NCBI GenBank assembly: GCA_017992255.1
Contig: JAGOPB010000002.1
Location: 1-47,001, forward strand
Length of the DNA: 47,001 bases
Source: Minisyncoccota bacterium
GTDB lineage: Bacteria > Patescibacteriota > Minisyncoccia > Phycocordibacterales > UBA9973
Direction: 5' to 3'
Positions 17,828 through 27,078 of the stretch are shown here, in pieces. Position 1 is the first letter of the stretch; every line of letters begins with the position of its first letter. The position numbers and the translations under genes are program-made. The notes below the pieces were generated by a model that worked only from the letters and a program-made list of their open reading frames with translations, had not been told where the DNA came from and did not search any database.

Positions 17828-19219
17828 CTACAACGTACTATCAATAGAAATTTTTAATTCTTTCAGTTGTTTATTTGAAACCTCTGACGGAGCACCCATC
17901 ATAAGATCCTTTGCTTCGCCAGTTTTTGGAAATGCTATGACTTCTCTGATGTTTGCTTCACCTTGCAAAAGCATAACAATACGATCTATACCTGGGGCAA
18001 ATCCTCCATGTGGAGGCGCGCCATAGGTAAAAGCTTCAAGCATATGTCCAAACTTCATTTGCTGTGTTTCTTCTGGAATCTTGAGGAGGTCAAAAACCTG
18101 CTTTTGAACATCTCGTTCATGGATTCGTATTGAACCTGATGAAAGTTCGTAACCATTGAGAACCAAGTCATATGCATTTGCTCGAATGCTGAAGATATCT
18201 TCACCACTCATAAATTTCTGTTTGTCTTCAGGTTTTATAGAACAGAAAGGATGATGTACCGCCTGAAGCTCTCCTTCATCTGTTTTCTCAAACATTGGGA
18301 AATCAAGTATCCAACAGAAAGCTAGTTCGTTTTTATCTTCTTTATCTACGCGTAAATCCGGTTTATCAGATCCGTATTTTTCCATGGATTCTGCATAGGT
18401 CATACGAGGAAATGGTACCGTAGTAATTTTTTTTTCTGAATACAGCGTCTGAACCAAATCTATAAAAATTTTTTCGGTAAACAAAAGTACATCTTCTTGA
18501 TCAACAAATGACATTTCATAATCAAATTGAGTGAATTCCGGTTGACGATCGCCACGAAGGTCTTCATCGCGCATGCACCTTGCTATTTGGAAGTAACGTT
18601 CAAATCCCGCCACCATGCAGAGTTGTTTAAACTGCTGAGGCGACTGAGGAAGTGCATAAAAAGTTCCCGGCCATACTCGCGATGGTACAAGATACTCTCG
18701 CGATCCTTCTGGAGTACCTTTCATGAGCATTGGCGTTTCTATCTCTACAAAATCATTCTTGTGCATGTATTCTCGAAAGAATGTAATAATTTTGTCTCGC
18801 ATTCGCATATTGTTTTGTAAACGTGGTCTTCGCAGATCCAAGTAACGATATTTGAGCCGGACATCCTCGCCGATCTCCAAACCATCTCCAGTGACATCAA
18901 ACGGTGGAGTTTCTGCTTTATTTAGAACTATTATTTCGAGAATCTCAAGTTCAATATCACCGTTTTGTTTGTCTGCTTGGCGGTTGCGTTCTGGGCGTTC
19001 GTTGACCTTGCCACGGACTTCTACGACCCATTCTGGACGAAGTTCTTTACCTGTTTCCATGGCTTCGCTGCCAGGAAGTATCACGCCTTGGACATATCCC
19101 GACATATCACGAAAATCCAAAAAAATCATTTTTCCTTGATCACGTCGTACATCGACCCATCCTTTAATTAAAACCTCCTCTCCTTTTTTCGCACTTATAT
19201 CTCGTATGAATGTTCTCAT
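17828..19219 (-). CDS. aspS: Aspartyl-tRNA synthetase, bacterial-like but lacking the large insertion domain (463 aa)
   Basis: ATG 19219 (the track opens at TTG 19240). OB-fold N-terminus, motif 2 FQIARCMRDEDLRGDRQPEFTQFD, HHPF, motif 3 GFAPGIDRIVMLL. Confidence 0.92.
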   Translation of the reverse strand: MRTFIRDISAKKGEEVLIKGWVDVRRDQGKMIFLDFRDMSGYVQGVILPGSEAMETGKELRPEWVVEVRGKVNERPERNRQADKQNGDIELEILEIIVLNKAETPPFDVTGDGLEIGEDVRLKYRYLDLRRPRLQNNMRMRDKIITFFREYMHKNDFVEIETPMLMKGTPEGSREYLVPSRVWPGTFYALPQSPQQFKQLCMVAGFERYFQIARCMRDEDLRGDRQPEFTQFDYEMSFVDQEDVLLFTEKIFIDLVQTLYSEKKITTVPFPRMTYAESMEKYGSDKPDLRVDKEDKNELAFCWILDFPMFEKTDEGELQAVHHPFCSIKPEDKQKFMSGEDIFSIRANAYDLVLNGYELSSGSIRIHERDVQKQVFDLLKIPEETQQMKFGHMLEAFTYGAPPHGGFAPGIDRIVMLLQGEANIREVIAFPKTGEAKDLMMGAPSEVSNKQLKELKISIDSTL

Positions 19220-19234
19220 ATATATGTAGCCGGG

Positions 19235-19400
19235 AAACAAAAATCGCCTCCACGAACTATGAATTATTTCATAATTACGCAGGGGCGATATTTCTTCGCG
19301 GTGCCACCCTACTTTTCGACTCGTTGATTAAGCTGTTATGGGCTTTCCCATGTACCTCCTCCGTTGTCAGCGGTATCGTTAGTGTATATATAATACACTA
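19235..19400 (-). promoter_or_regulatory. T-box riboswitch leader of aspS with antiterminator/terminator
   Basis: The reverse complement of 19312-19297 reads GUAGGGUGGCACCGCG, matching the T-box consensus AGGGUGGNACCGCG. The terminator arms AUCGCCCCUGCG (19289-19278) and CGUGGAGGCGAU (19254-19243) are followed by UUUU-G-UUU. The leader ends about 16 nt before the aspS ATG. Confidence 0.8.
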
Positions 19401-19593
19401 TTTGAATCAAAATATATAGCTCAATCAGAAATAGAAATTATAATAAACTATATTTAAATGAAACTTTACGACGCTAGAATGTCCACTGCGGATTGTACAA
19501 CAGTTGTGGATGCAGATATATCATTTTGGTTTTTAGTATATGTGTAGCTTAATTGAATGCAGTAATCAATCGTAACTAGTATGGAGGGGTAAT

Positions 19594-19800
19594 TTAATGC
19601 ATAGTATCAAACATTTTTGAAAATGGAGCCAATGGTAAAGTGATATAATGGAATACTGCCTCCATAGTTTTAGCTTTTTTGGGGTTTGTACGTGATATTC
19701 GTTTTACTAGTTTCTGGAAAAGTATATACACCCAGACATTTATCATGACTATTAAACCTACAATTAATTTCAATATAAATTTTAATATTTCTAAAATCAT
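19594..19800 (-). CDS. Hypothetical 68-aa single-TM peptide (weak call)
   Basis: This is the only ORF in a 540-nt gap. ATG 19800 (the track opens at TTG 19839). Hydrophobic stretch ILKLIVGLIVMINVWVYILF. No Shine-Dalgarno sequence is visible. Confidence 0.25.
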   Translation of the reverse strand: MILEILKFILKLIVGLIVMINVWVYILFQKLVKRISRTNPKKAKTMEAVFHYITLPLAPFSKMFDTMH

Positions 19801-19900
19801 ATGTAATAGAAAGATAGTACCTCTCTGAGAATTTGGCAATCGTTCAATGTGGATAAATTTATTCAGTTAAATATAATACCATGTATATTTTATTTTGTCC

Positions 19901-19919
19901 AACAAGGCCCGGCCTTGTT
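19901..19919. terminator. GC-rich hairpin AACAAGG-CCCGG-CCTTGTT downstream of trpS
   Basis: The nearly perfect palindrome AACAAGGCC-C-GGCCTTGTT lies 38 nt past the trpS stop. The T tract is on the plus-strand side and the A tract on the minus-strand side, so orientation is ambiguous. Confidence 0.4.
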
Positions 19920-19957
19920 TTGTATAGCTGTTGTAACTACTTTTTTAGTTTTTTTGA

Positions 19958-20968
19958 TCAGGAAAAATATTGAATTTTTATTGCTTGCTTTACTTCTTCT
20001 ATAGTTTGTTCGCTGATTTCCTTTACCTTCTGTGTTCCCTCTTTGAGTATTTGCATGACGTACTCTGGATTTTTTGCAAGTTCCTCTCGTCGTTCACGTA
20101 TTGGAGTAATTAAATCTTGCAATATTTCTGTTAATCTATTTTTTAGTACAACATCACCGAGTCCTCCAGCACGATATTGACTTTTCAACTTTTCCACCTC
20201 TTCTTTCTTTGTATCAAATATATCTAGATATGTAAAAACTACATTTCCTTCTACTTTACCTGGATCGGATACATGAATGTGATCAGGGTCTGTATACATT
20301 GCGTTTACTTGTTGTTCTATTTCTTTGTTTGATGAAGATAGATAAATGCAGTTTCCAAGAGACTTTGACATTTTATTATCACCGTCTACACCTACTAGTC
20401 TCGAGTGTTGTGCAGTGAAAGCTTGTGTGTGAGAAAAAACATCACCATACATAGATGAAAATTTATCTACTATTTCATTTGTTTGTTCTATCATTGGTTT
20501 CTGATCTTCACCGACAGGGATTGTGTTTGCTTTTACAATAAGAATGTCCGCAGCTTGAGAAACTGGATACATAAGAAAACCAGCAGGAACTTCATCCCCA
20601 TATTGCTTTTGCTTCATTTCATTTTTTACAGTCGGATTACGTTTAAGTCGCGCCAGAGTTACAAGATTCAAAAAAAATATTGTAAGTTCTGCAATTGCAG
20701 GTATTTGAGATTGTATAAAAAAAATGGTCTTTTTAGGATCAACACCACACGCAAGATTATCCAACGCTACTTCGTAGACATTACTACGTACTTTTTCTGG
20801 GTTATCTGCATTGTCAGTCAATGCTTGAATATCTGCAATCATGTAAAACGACTTATCTGCAGAATTTTGCAATTCGATTCTATTTAAAATAGATCCAACA
20901 TAATGACCTAAGTGCAGTTTCCCAGTCGGTCTGTCACCGGTGAGAACAGTAGTTTTTTCTTGTTTCAT
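19958..20968 (-). CDS. trpS: Tryptophanyl-tRNA synthetase
   Basis: ATG 20968 (MKQEKTTVLTGDRPTGKLHLGHYVG); HIGH-type HLGH; KMSKS present; TGA stop. Confidence 0.92.
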   Translation of the reverse strand: MKQEKTTVLTGDRPTGKLHLGHYVGSILNRIELQNSADKSFYMIADIQALTDNADNPEKVRSNVYEVALDNLACGVDPKKTIFFIQSQIPAIAELTIFFLNLVTLARLKRNPTVKNEMKQKQYGDEVPAGFLMYPVSQAADILIVKANTIPVGEDQKPMIEQTNEIVDKFSSMYGDVFSHTQAFTAQHSRLVGVDGDNKMSKSLGNCIYLSSSNKEIEQQVNAMYTDPDHIHVSDPGKVEGNVVFTYLDIFDTKKEEVEKLKSQYRAGGLGDVVLKNRLTEILQDLITPIRERREELAKNPEYVMQILKEGTQKVKEISEQTIEEVKQAIKIQYFS

Positions 20969-21081
20969 TTCGTAATTATACCATACATACACATATATTC
21001 TATAACTACAATTCACACGATACAAACAGTTTAATGCAAAATTATGTTTTCAATAATCCTCGCTATTGTTAGAATCTATAC

Positions 21082-22476
21082 ATGGCACAAAGAAAAGACT
21101 TACGACTTCCCCCACAAGACATAGATGCTGAAAAAGCAGTGTTGGGTTCAATTATGCTTCGAAAAGATGCAATGCATGAAATAGAAGATTTTATGCATGA
21201 TCGTGTGTTTTATAGTGATAAACACCGTAACGTATGGAATGCAATAATAGAATTAACACAACGAGGAAGTCCTATAGATCTCGTTTCTGTGTCTACTCAA
21301 CTCAATGATAAGGGTCAACTTGAATCAATAGGTGGGTCTTCTGAAATTTCTGCATTAGTAGAATCTGTTCCATCTGCTGCAAACATTGCCTATTACGCTG
21401 ATATAGTGTATAAAAAATATCAACTACGGTCTCTCATAGAAGCAGCTGAAAATATTGTACACAGTGCATTTACTGATACCGAGGATTCTATTGACGCTGT
21501 ACTTGATCAAGCAGAAAAGAAAATCTTTTCCGTTACTACAAACAATAAAGCACAAAGATACACGTCTATCCGAGATTCACTGAAAGAAACATGGGAAGAA
21601 TTGTCTAGAGTTCATGATAACGACGGTGCTATGAGAGGTGTACCTACTGGATTCTCTGGTCTAGACAATAAACTATCGGGTTTGCAAAAATCAGATCTCG
21701 TGATTTTGGCTGCACGTCCATCTATGGGAAAAACTACACTCGCTTTAGATATTGCAAGGAATGCTGCTGTACACGGAAATGTCCCTGTGATCATTTTTTC
21801 ATTGGAAATGTCTACGCCACAACTAGTAACCCGCATGTTAGCCACTGAAGCTCGGGTTGATGGTTGGAAATTGCGTACAGGTAAGCTCGATGATGTAGAT
21901 GCATTTGCTAGAATACGTGACGCACTAGACAGACTTTCAAAAGCACCTATATATATAAATGATGAACCGGGAAATTCAACAAATCGAATGAAAAGTTTTG
22001 CACGTAGGATAAAAAGCGAGCATGGCTTAGGACTCATAGTTGTTGACTATCTCCAGCTCATGACGGCAGGAAAGGCGTATGACTCTATGGTTAACCAAGT
22101 TACCGAAATCTCGCGTTCTTTGAAATCAATGGCACGTGAACTCGACGTTCCAGTATTAGCACTTTCTCAGCTTTCTCGAGCTGTAGAAACACGAGGCGGC
22201 AGACCGAAACTTTCGGATTTACGGGATTCAGGATCAATAGAACAGGATGCAGATGTGGTCATGTTTATACACCGAGATGATAAAGGCGTCGAAAATGAAC
22301 TTCATGATAACGAACAGACAGAAACCACGATTATGATTTCAAAACACAGAAATGGACCAGTCGGTGAAGTTCACCTTATGTTTGATCCAAAAACGACAAC
22401 ATTTCATACAATTGAAAAGAATATGCAAAAACCTCAATATTCAAAAAAATCTGCTTCTGTTGACGACATCTTTTAG
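21082..22476 (+). CDS. dnaB: Replicative DNA helicase DnaB
   Basis: N-terminal PPQDIDAEKAVLGS, Walker A ARPSMGKT, SLEMS, LSQLSR, RDSGSIEQDADV. The length is normal, so no intein is present. Confidence 0.94.
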   Translation: MAQRKDLRLPPQDIDAEKAVLGSIMLRKDAMHEIEDFMHDRVFYSDKHRNVWNAIIELTQRGSPIDLVSVSTQLNDKGQLESIGGSSEISALVESVPSAANIAYYADIVYKKYQLRSLIEAAENIVHSAFTDTEDSIDAVLDQAEKKIFSVTTNNKAQRYTSIRDSLKETWEELSRVHDNDGAMRGVPTGFSGLDNKLSGLQKSDLVILAARPSMGKTTLALDIARNAAVHGNVPVIIFSLEMSTPQLVTRMLATEARVDGWKLRTGKLDDVDAFARIRDALDRLSKAPIYINDEPGNSTNRMKSFARRIKSEHGLGLIVVDYLQLMTAGKAYDSMVNQVTEISRSLKSMARELDVPVLALSQLSRAVETRGGRPKLSDLRDSGSIEQDADVVMFIHRDDKGVENELHDNEQTETTIMISKHRNGPVGEVHLMFDPKTTTFHTIEKNMQKPQYSKKSASVDDIF

Positions 22477-22542
22477 GAAGCAATTCATATATATACCGTA
22501 CTTTGCATTTCACTGTATATACTTTATACTCTGTATACCGGT

Positions 22543-23148
22543 ATGCATGATTTAGACCAGCTAGCTACAATATTTGCGAAATTTCCTGGAATTGGTGAGC
22601 GTCAAGCCAAGCGTTTTGTGTATTATCTTCTTAAAAGGGATACCGCGACATTGCGCGATCTAACGGACCGTATTTTGTGTTTAAAAGAAATTGTACAAGA
22701 GTGCTCTCGGTGTCAACGTTTCGAAGAACTTCAAGGATCCTTGTGTACCAACTGCATAAAAACAAAAAATGCACCGACTATGATTATTGTCGAAAAAGAT
22801 TCTGATCTTGACACCATTAAACGGTCCGATGTGTATCAGGGAAGTTATTTTGTTCTTGGTGGATTGATTCCAATATTGGATGAGAATCCCGAGAAAAGAG
22901 TCAGATTAATTGCTTTGAAAAATCGTATAGTACAGGAAGGTTCTACTCTCCGAGAAATTATTATCGCCTTATCCTTTACTCGTGAAGGCGAATACACTGA
23001 AGAGTTTTTACGGAATTATTTGCATACACATTTTCCGGACTCTGAGATAAAAATCACTAGTCTAGGAAGAGGCCTTTCTACAGGAACAGAATTAGAATAT
23101 GCTGATGCAGAAACAATAAAAGGTGCGTTGGAAAACAGGTCGGTATAA
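22543..23148 (+). CDS. recR: Recombination protein RecR
   Basis: HhH FPGIGERQAKR, C4 zinc finger CSRCQ...CTNC, Toprim segment. Confidence 0.92.
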   Translation: MHDLDQLATIFAKFPGIGERQAKRFVYYLLKRDTATLRDLTDRILCLKEIVQECSRCQRFEELQGSLCTNCIKTKNAPTMIIVEKDSDLDTIKRSDVYQGSYFVLGGLIPILDENPEKRVRLIALKNRIVQEGSTLREIIIALSFTREGEYTEEFLRNYLHTHFPDSEIKITSLGRGLSTGTELEYADAETIKGALENRSV

Positions 23149-23175
23149 AAAAACACTCGTGTTGAGTGTTTTTTT
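23147..23175. terminator. Bidirectional terminator between recR (+) and rplU (-)
   Basis: A7-CACTC-GTGTT-GAGTG-T7 (stem core AACACTC/GAGTGTT). It overlaps both stop codons. Confidence 0.7.
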
Positions 23176-23533
23176 ATACAATTTCTTTTATTTTAACTTC
23201 AAAGTAAGGTTGTCTGTGTCCTTTCAATTTATCTCGGTTGGATTTTGCTTTGTATCGAAAAACTATTTTCTTTTCAGCTTTTGCTTCTTTCACAAACTCC
23301 CCAACAACACTAGCACCTGTGACATATGGCATACCTATATTTGTTACTGATCCATCGTCTACAAGAAGTACTTTATCAAACACAACGGTATCTCCTTTTT
23401 TGAATTCACCTTTTATCTTTTCTATCTTTAGAGTGTCACCAACAGAAACTTCATACTGTTTTCCTCCTGTTGCTATAATGGCGTAGGTGTTGTCTTGTTT
23501 TACTATCTTTTTACTAGGCATGGTTGGTATCAT
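23174..23533 (-). CDS. rplU: 50S ribosomal protein L21 with a short N-terminal extension
   Basis: YAIIATGGKQYEVSVGD...FRYKAKSNRDKLKGHRQPY is L21. ATG 23533 has GGAGAG 9 nt upstream. Alternative starts are ATG 23521 and TTG 23557. Confidence 0.9.
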   Translation of the reverse strand: MIPTMPSKKIVKQDNTYAIIATGGKQYEVSVGDTLKIEKIKGEFKKGDTVVFDKVLLVDDGSVTNIGMPYVTGASVVGEFVKEAKAEKKIVFRYKAKSNRDKLKGHRQPYFEVKIKEIV

Positions 23534-23600
23534 ACACGAAAACTCTCCGGAAGTCAAACACCCTAAACTTCATAAAACGCTTATGTATGTTATACTTTAA

Positions 23601-24965
23601 ATGCTTATGGCGTTACAATTCTACAATTCACTATCCCATAAAATCGAACTATTTGAACCTATTCAAGATGGACATGTGTCTTTTTATTCATGTGGACCCA
23701 CTGTATATGATTTTGCACATATAGGTAATATGCGAGCCTATATATTTGCTGATATTATAAAACGAGTACTTTTGTATAGTGGTTATACAGTGAATCACAC
23801 AATGAATTATACTGATGTTGAAGATAAAATTATTATTCAAGCACAAAAACAACGTGTATCACTGAAAGATCTTACTGATCCTTATATAAAGGCATTTCAA
23901 CAAGACATAGCATCAGTACATATTTTACCCGCAACTCAGTACACAAAAGCAACAGATTATATAGACACAATGATCAATATAATAGAAAAGCTTTTGGATA
24001 AAGGATATGCATACAAAGCAGAAGACGGCAGTATCTATTTTGACGTAGCACAAGATACAGCATATGGAAAATTGGTCACGATAGATAAAGCTATGTTAAA
24101 AAATAACGCCAAAGGTAGAATGAAATCGGATGAATATGATAAAGAGTCTGCACAGGATTTTGCCTTATGGAAAATATGGACAGATGCAGATGGAGATATT
24201 TTTTGGGAAACCTCTCTAGGAAAAGGTCGTCCTGGATGGCATATCGAATGTTCAGCTATGGCATTAGCTACCCTTGGCGAGACTATTGATATTCACACAG
24301 GAGGTGTTGATAACATATTTCCTCATCATGAAAATGAAATCGCTCAGTCTGAATGTTCTTCTGGCAAAACATTTAGTAGATTTTTTATGCACAACGAACA
24401 TATGCAAATCGAAAATAAAAAAATGTCAAAGTCATTAGGAAATTTTTATACACTTCGAGACATAATAGAAAAAGGATTTAATCCACTTGCTTTTCGTTAT
24501 TGGTTACTTACAAGTCACTACAGAACTAAAATTAATTTTTCACTTAAAACACTTCAAGCGGCTCAGACAGCCTTTGACAAGCTACGATCAATGGTATTAG
24601 AGTTGAGTGTGTACAACGGTGGAAAAGTTATTGAAAAAGAAGCAACTGCGTTTAGCAATTTCATTCAAAATGATTTAAGTACAGCAGAAGCACTATCACT
24701 CACCTGGCTTATGTTAAAAAATACAAAGTATTCCAAAGCTGATGTATACGCTACTATTATCAATTTTGACAAAGTGCTAGGATTAGGCTTGTCAGATATC
24801 GCATCTGAATTACTACCTGATACGATACAAGCTTTAGTGCTGAAGCGTGACGAACAACGAAAAGACAAAAATTGGGAACAATCAGATATCCTCAGAAAAA
24901 AACTCGAAACGAATGGATATGAAGTATTGGACACGTCGACTGGTACAAAAATAAGAAAAAAGTAA
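23601..24965 (+). CDS. cysS: Cysteinyl-tRNA synthetase
   Basis: CGPTVYDFAHIGN (HIGH), WHIEC zinc site, KMSKS. An alternative ATG lies at 23607. Confidence 0.93.
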   Translation: MLMALQFYNSLSHKIELFEPIQDGHVSFYSCGPTVYDFAHIGNMRAYIFADIIKRVLLYSGYTVNHTMNYTDVEDKIIIQAQKQRVSLKDLTDPYIKAFQQDIASVHILPATQYTKATDYIDTMINIIEKLLDKGYAYKAEDGSIYFDVAQDTAYGKLVTIDKAMLKNNAKGRMKSDEYDKESAQDFALWKIWTDADGDIFWETSLGKGRPGWHIECSAMALATLGETIDIHTGGVDNIFPHHENEIAQSECSSGKTFSRFFMHNEHMQIENKKMSKSLGNFYTLRDIIEKGFNPLAFRYWLLTSHYRTKINFSLKTLQAAQTAFDKLRSMVLELSVYNGGKVIEKEATAFSNFIQNDLSTAEALSLTWLMLKNTKYSKADVYATIINFDKVLGLGLSDIASELLPDTIQALVLKRDEQRKDKNWEQSDILRKKLETNGYEVLDTSTGTKIRKK

Positions 24966-24985
24966 TGAAATTTATGACTAAACGA

Positions 24986-25429
24986 TTATTTTTTTTGTAT
25001 GATTAGTGTAAAAGAACTTTTTTGATCTTGCCACAGTGTGTGTATTGTATGTGTTCCTATTTCTTTTATAGGTTCTTGTAGTACTATCATATTGGGAGGA
25101 ATCTCAATATTTGAATTTGTTTTGAGAGCATCTACTATATCATGTTTATGAATTCCACTAAACAAATGACCTTTCTCATTTGCTGGAACATGTATAGTGA
25201 GCGTTATCTTTCTTAATTTATCTAGTTCAGACTTTAATTTACTATTTTCAATAGATTGTGATATATATATTGATTCTTTTTTTGTTTCTATTTTTTTTAA
25301 ATTCTCAGGTGTTGCGATTATTGCCTTTCCATTTTTAAGCAGAAAATTTTGTGCAAATCCTTGCGGAACTTCTTTTACATCATATTTTGATCCAACACGA
25401 GCTACGTCTACAAGTAGTATTATTTTCAT
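24986..25429 (-). CDS. rplI: 50S ribosomal protein L9
   Basis: MKIILLVDVARVGSKYDVKEVPQGFAQNFLLKNGKA is the L9 N-domain. Confidence 0.9.
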   Translation of the reverse strand: MKIILLVDVARVGSKYDVKEVPQGFAQNFLLKNGKAIIATPENLKKIETKKESIYISQSIENSKLKSELDKLRKITLTIHVPANEKGHLFSGIHKHDIVDALKTNSNIEIPPNMIVLQEPIKEIGTHTIHTLWQDQKSSFTLIIQKK

Positions 25430-25430
25430 A

Positions 25431-26681
25431 TTATTTTTTTATTGAATATGGTGTGGTATTATCGAGTAAATATTTTATTGCAGTATCCATTTGTGTATCG
25501 ATTCCTGAAAGGTAGTCTTCTTCTGTAAGAGCTATCTCAATATCTGGTAAAAGCCCGTTTTCATCTATTGAAATACCATTAGGTGTAAACCATTTAGCTA
25601 CAGTAATTTTCAATTCTGTAGTACTCGTAATAGGTAAAAGCTCTTGAACTGTTCCCTTTCCATATGTCTTTTCACCTATAAGCTTTGCGACGCCTTGCTC
25701 ACGTAATGCTCCTGCTAAAATTTCTGAAGCAGAAGCAGATCCGCCGTTTACTACAATTACTACCTTTATTTGTTTATTCTTGAATATGTTATAACCCTTA
25801 CTTCTGTATACTTTGTCTGTTGATGCGCCTTGTCCTTCTTTTACGATGACATCTCCTACTGGCAGAAACCAACTTGCTATATCTACCGCTCCGTCTAAGT
25901 ATCCACCTGGATTATCTCGCAGATCTATTACCAGTTTGTCACTTTTTGTGTTCAAAAATTCTCGTAATGCTCCTTGAAATAGTACAGGTGCATTCTCTGA
26001 AAAACTATACAACGATATAACAAACACTCCATCTTCTCGAAGTTTAGTATCAATCGTTGGTATGTCTATAATGTCACGAGTTATCGTTATATTTCGTGTA
26101 GTCTCTTCTCCACTTCTGTAAATGGTTAAAACGACGTCAGTACCTTTTGTACCTTTTATATATTTTGTAGATTCGTCTACCGACATCTCAGCAGTACTCA
26201 TCTGATCTATAGAGAGGATACTATCACCCTCTTTGATACCTGCTTTTTGTGCGGGACTATTTTTCAATGGTGCAATAACGGTCAATACGCCTTCCTTGAT
26301 ACCAATCTCCACACCAATACCAGAAAATGAACCGCCAATTATTTCATTGAAGTCTTTTGTTTCTGTTGGATCAAAAAAAACAGTATATGGGTCGTTGAGT
26401 GATGCAGCTAGTCCTTTTACAGAACCCCATATTTTCTCAGTGTCATCTATCTTGCTTTTGTCTACATATTTTTCATCTATAATGTTCCATACTTTCCAAT
26501 ATGCATCGAAATCTACAGGTGAAGCAAATGCATTGTTTTTATTGAAAAGAGTTGTTATTTTTGTCACCTCAGGACGGTTTTGAAATCCCATTACTACTCC
26601 TATAACAAATGAAAATGCAAAAAAAACTAAGAAAGTAAATCCTACTACTATTTTGCTGTTTGAAATTTTTTTAGTGTTCAT
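25431..26681 (-). CDS. C-terminal processing peptidase (S41, PDZ-containing)
   Basis: TM anchor, PDZ (GIKEGDSILSID), S41 core with GGSASASEILAGAL and GEKTYGKGTVQ. Confidence 0.9.
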   Translation of the reverse strand: MNTKKISNSKIVVGFTFLVFFAFSFVIGVVMGFQNRPEVTKITTLFNKNNAFASPVDFDAYWKVWNIIDEKYVDKSKIDDTEKIWGSVKGLAASLNDPYTVFFDPTETKDFNEIIGGSFSGIGVEIGIKEGVLTVIAPLKNSPAQKAGIKEGDSILSIDQMSTAEMSVDESTKYIKGTKGTDVVLTIYRSGEETTRNITITRDIIDIPTIDTKLREDGVFVISLYSFSENAPVLFQGALREFLNTKSDKLVIDLRDNPGGYLDGAVDIASWFLPVGDVIVKEGQGASTDKVYRSKGYNIFKNKQIKVVIVVNGGSASASEILAGALREQGVAKLIGEKTYGKGTVQELLPITSTTELKITVAKWFTPNGISIDENGLLPDIEIALTEEDYLSGIDTQMDTAIKYLLDNTTPYSIKK

Positions 26682-26786
26682 GCGGTAGGTAGTATCTCAA
26701 AAAATAGACATAAAATCAATATTCCAGATGCTAAATATTTGTTGCTAGATGCTTCTATAACTTATGATGAACGAAATTGCGTGAGT

Positions 26787-27026
26787 TTATATTGTTGAAT
26801 CAGTGTCAGATACAAGAGGTTTTTGTATTGTTTCGTTTAAATCGCGAAAACTATGTTTTGGGGCCTTTTTAAAAAAAGATCGTGTTCCTATTGCTGTATA
26901 TGAAAGTATACAAATTATGAAACCGAGAAATATAGTTATAAAATTTTTGAAAGATACAGAAAAACCAAGTATCGGTATAAGTATCAAAATGGTTCCAATA
27001 AAAAAATATATTTTTTGTCGTTTCAT
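26787..27026 (-). CDS. Hypothetical 79-aa two-TM protein
   Basis: Two hydrophobic helices (IYFFIGTILILIPILGF; ITIFLGFIICILSYTAI). No recognisable family. Confidence 0.4.
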   Translation of the reverse strand: MKRQKIYFFIGTILILIPILGFSVSFKNFITIFLGFIICILSYTAIGTRSFFKKAPKHSFRDLNETIQKPLVSDTDSTI

Positions 27027-27078
27027 ACTATGTAGTATACATTTTTTTTTGTAATCAGCAAAGTGTGTAATTGGTTAT

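Noticed and set aside
17268-18026. 252-aa plus-strand ORF antisense to the TauE-like gene and the aspS 3' end
   Set aside because: It spans two unrelated minus-strand genes and their spacer and matches no family. It is most simply an antisense artefact.
19210-19419. 69-aa plus-strand ORF upstream of aspS
   Set aside because: It is the antisense of the T-box leader, and the RNA element explains the region.
19505-19856. Possible chromosomal origin (perfect DnaA box TGTGGATAA plus one 7/9 box in an AT-rich gap 1.2 kb from dnaB)
   Set aside because: One perfect 9-mer is close to chance expectation in 94 kb of two-strand sequence. There is no cluster of boxes, no dnaA/dnaN neighbourhood, and no strand-bias switch visible in gene orientation at this point.
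20969-23600. T-box leaders in front of trpS, cysS or gltX
   Set aside because: The leaders are short (113, 67 and 7 nt) and contain no GGUGG...ACCGCG core on the relevant strand.
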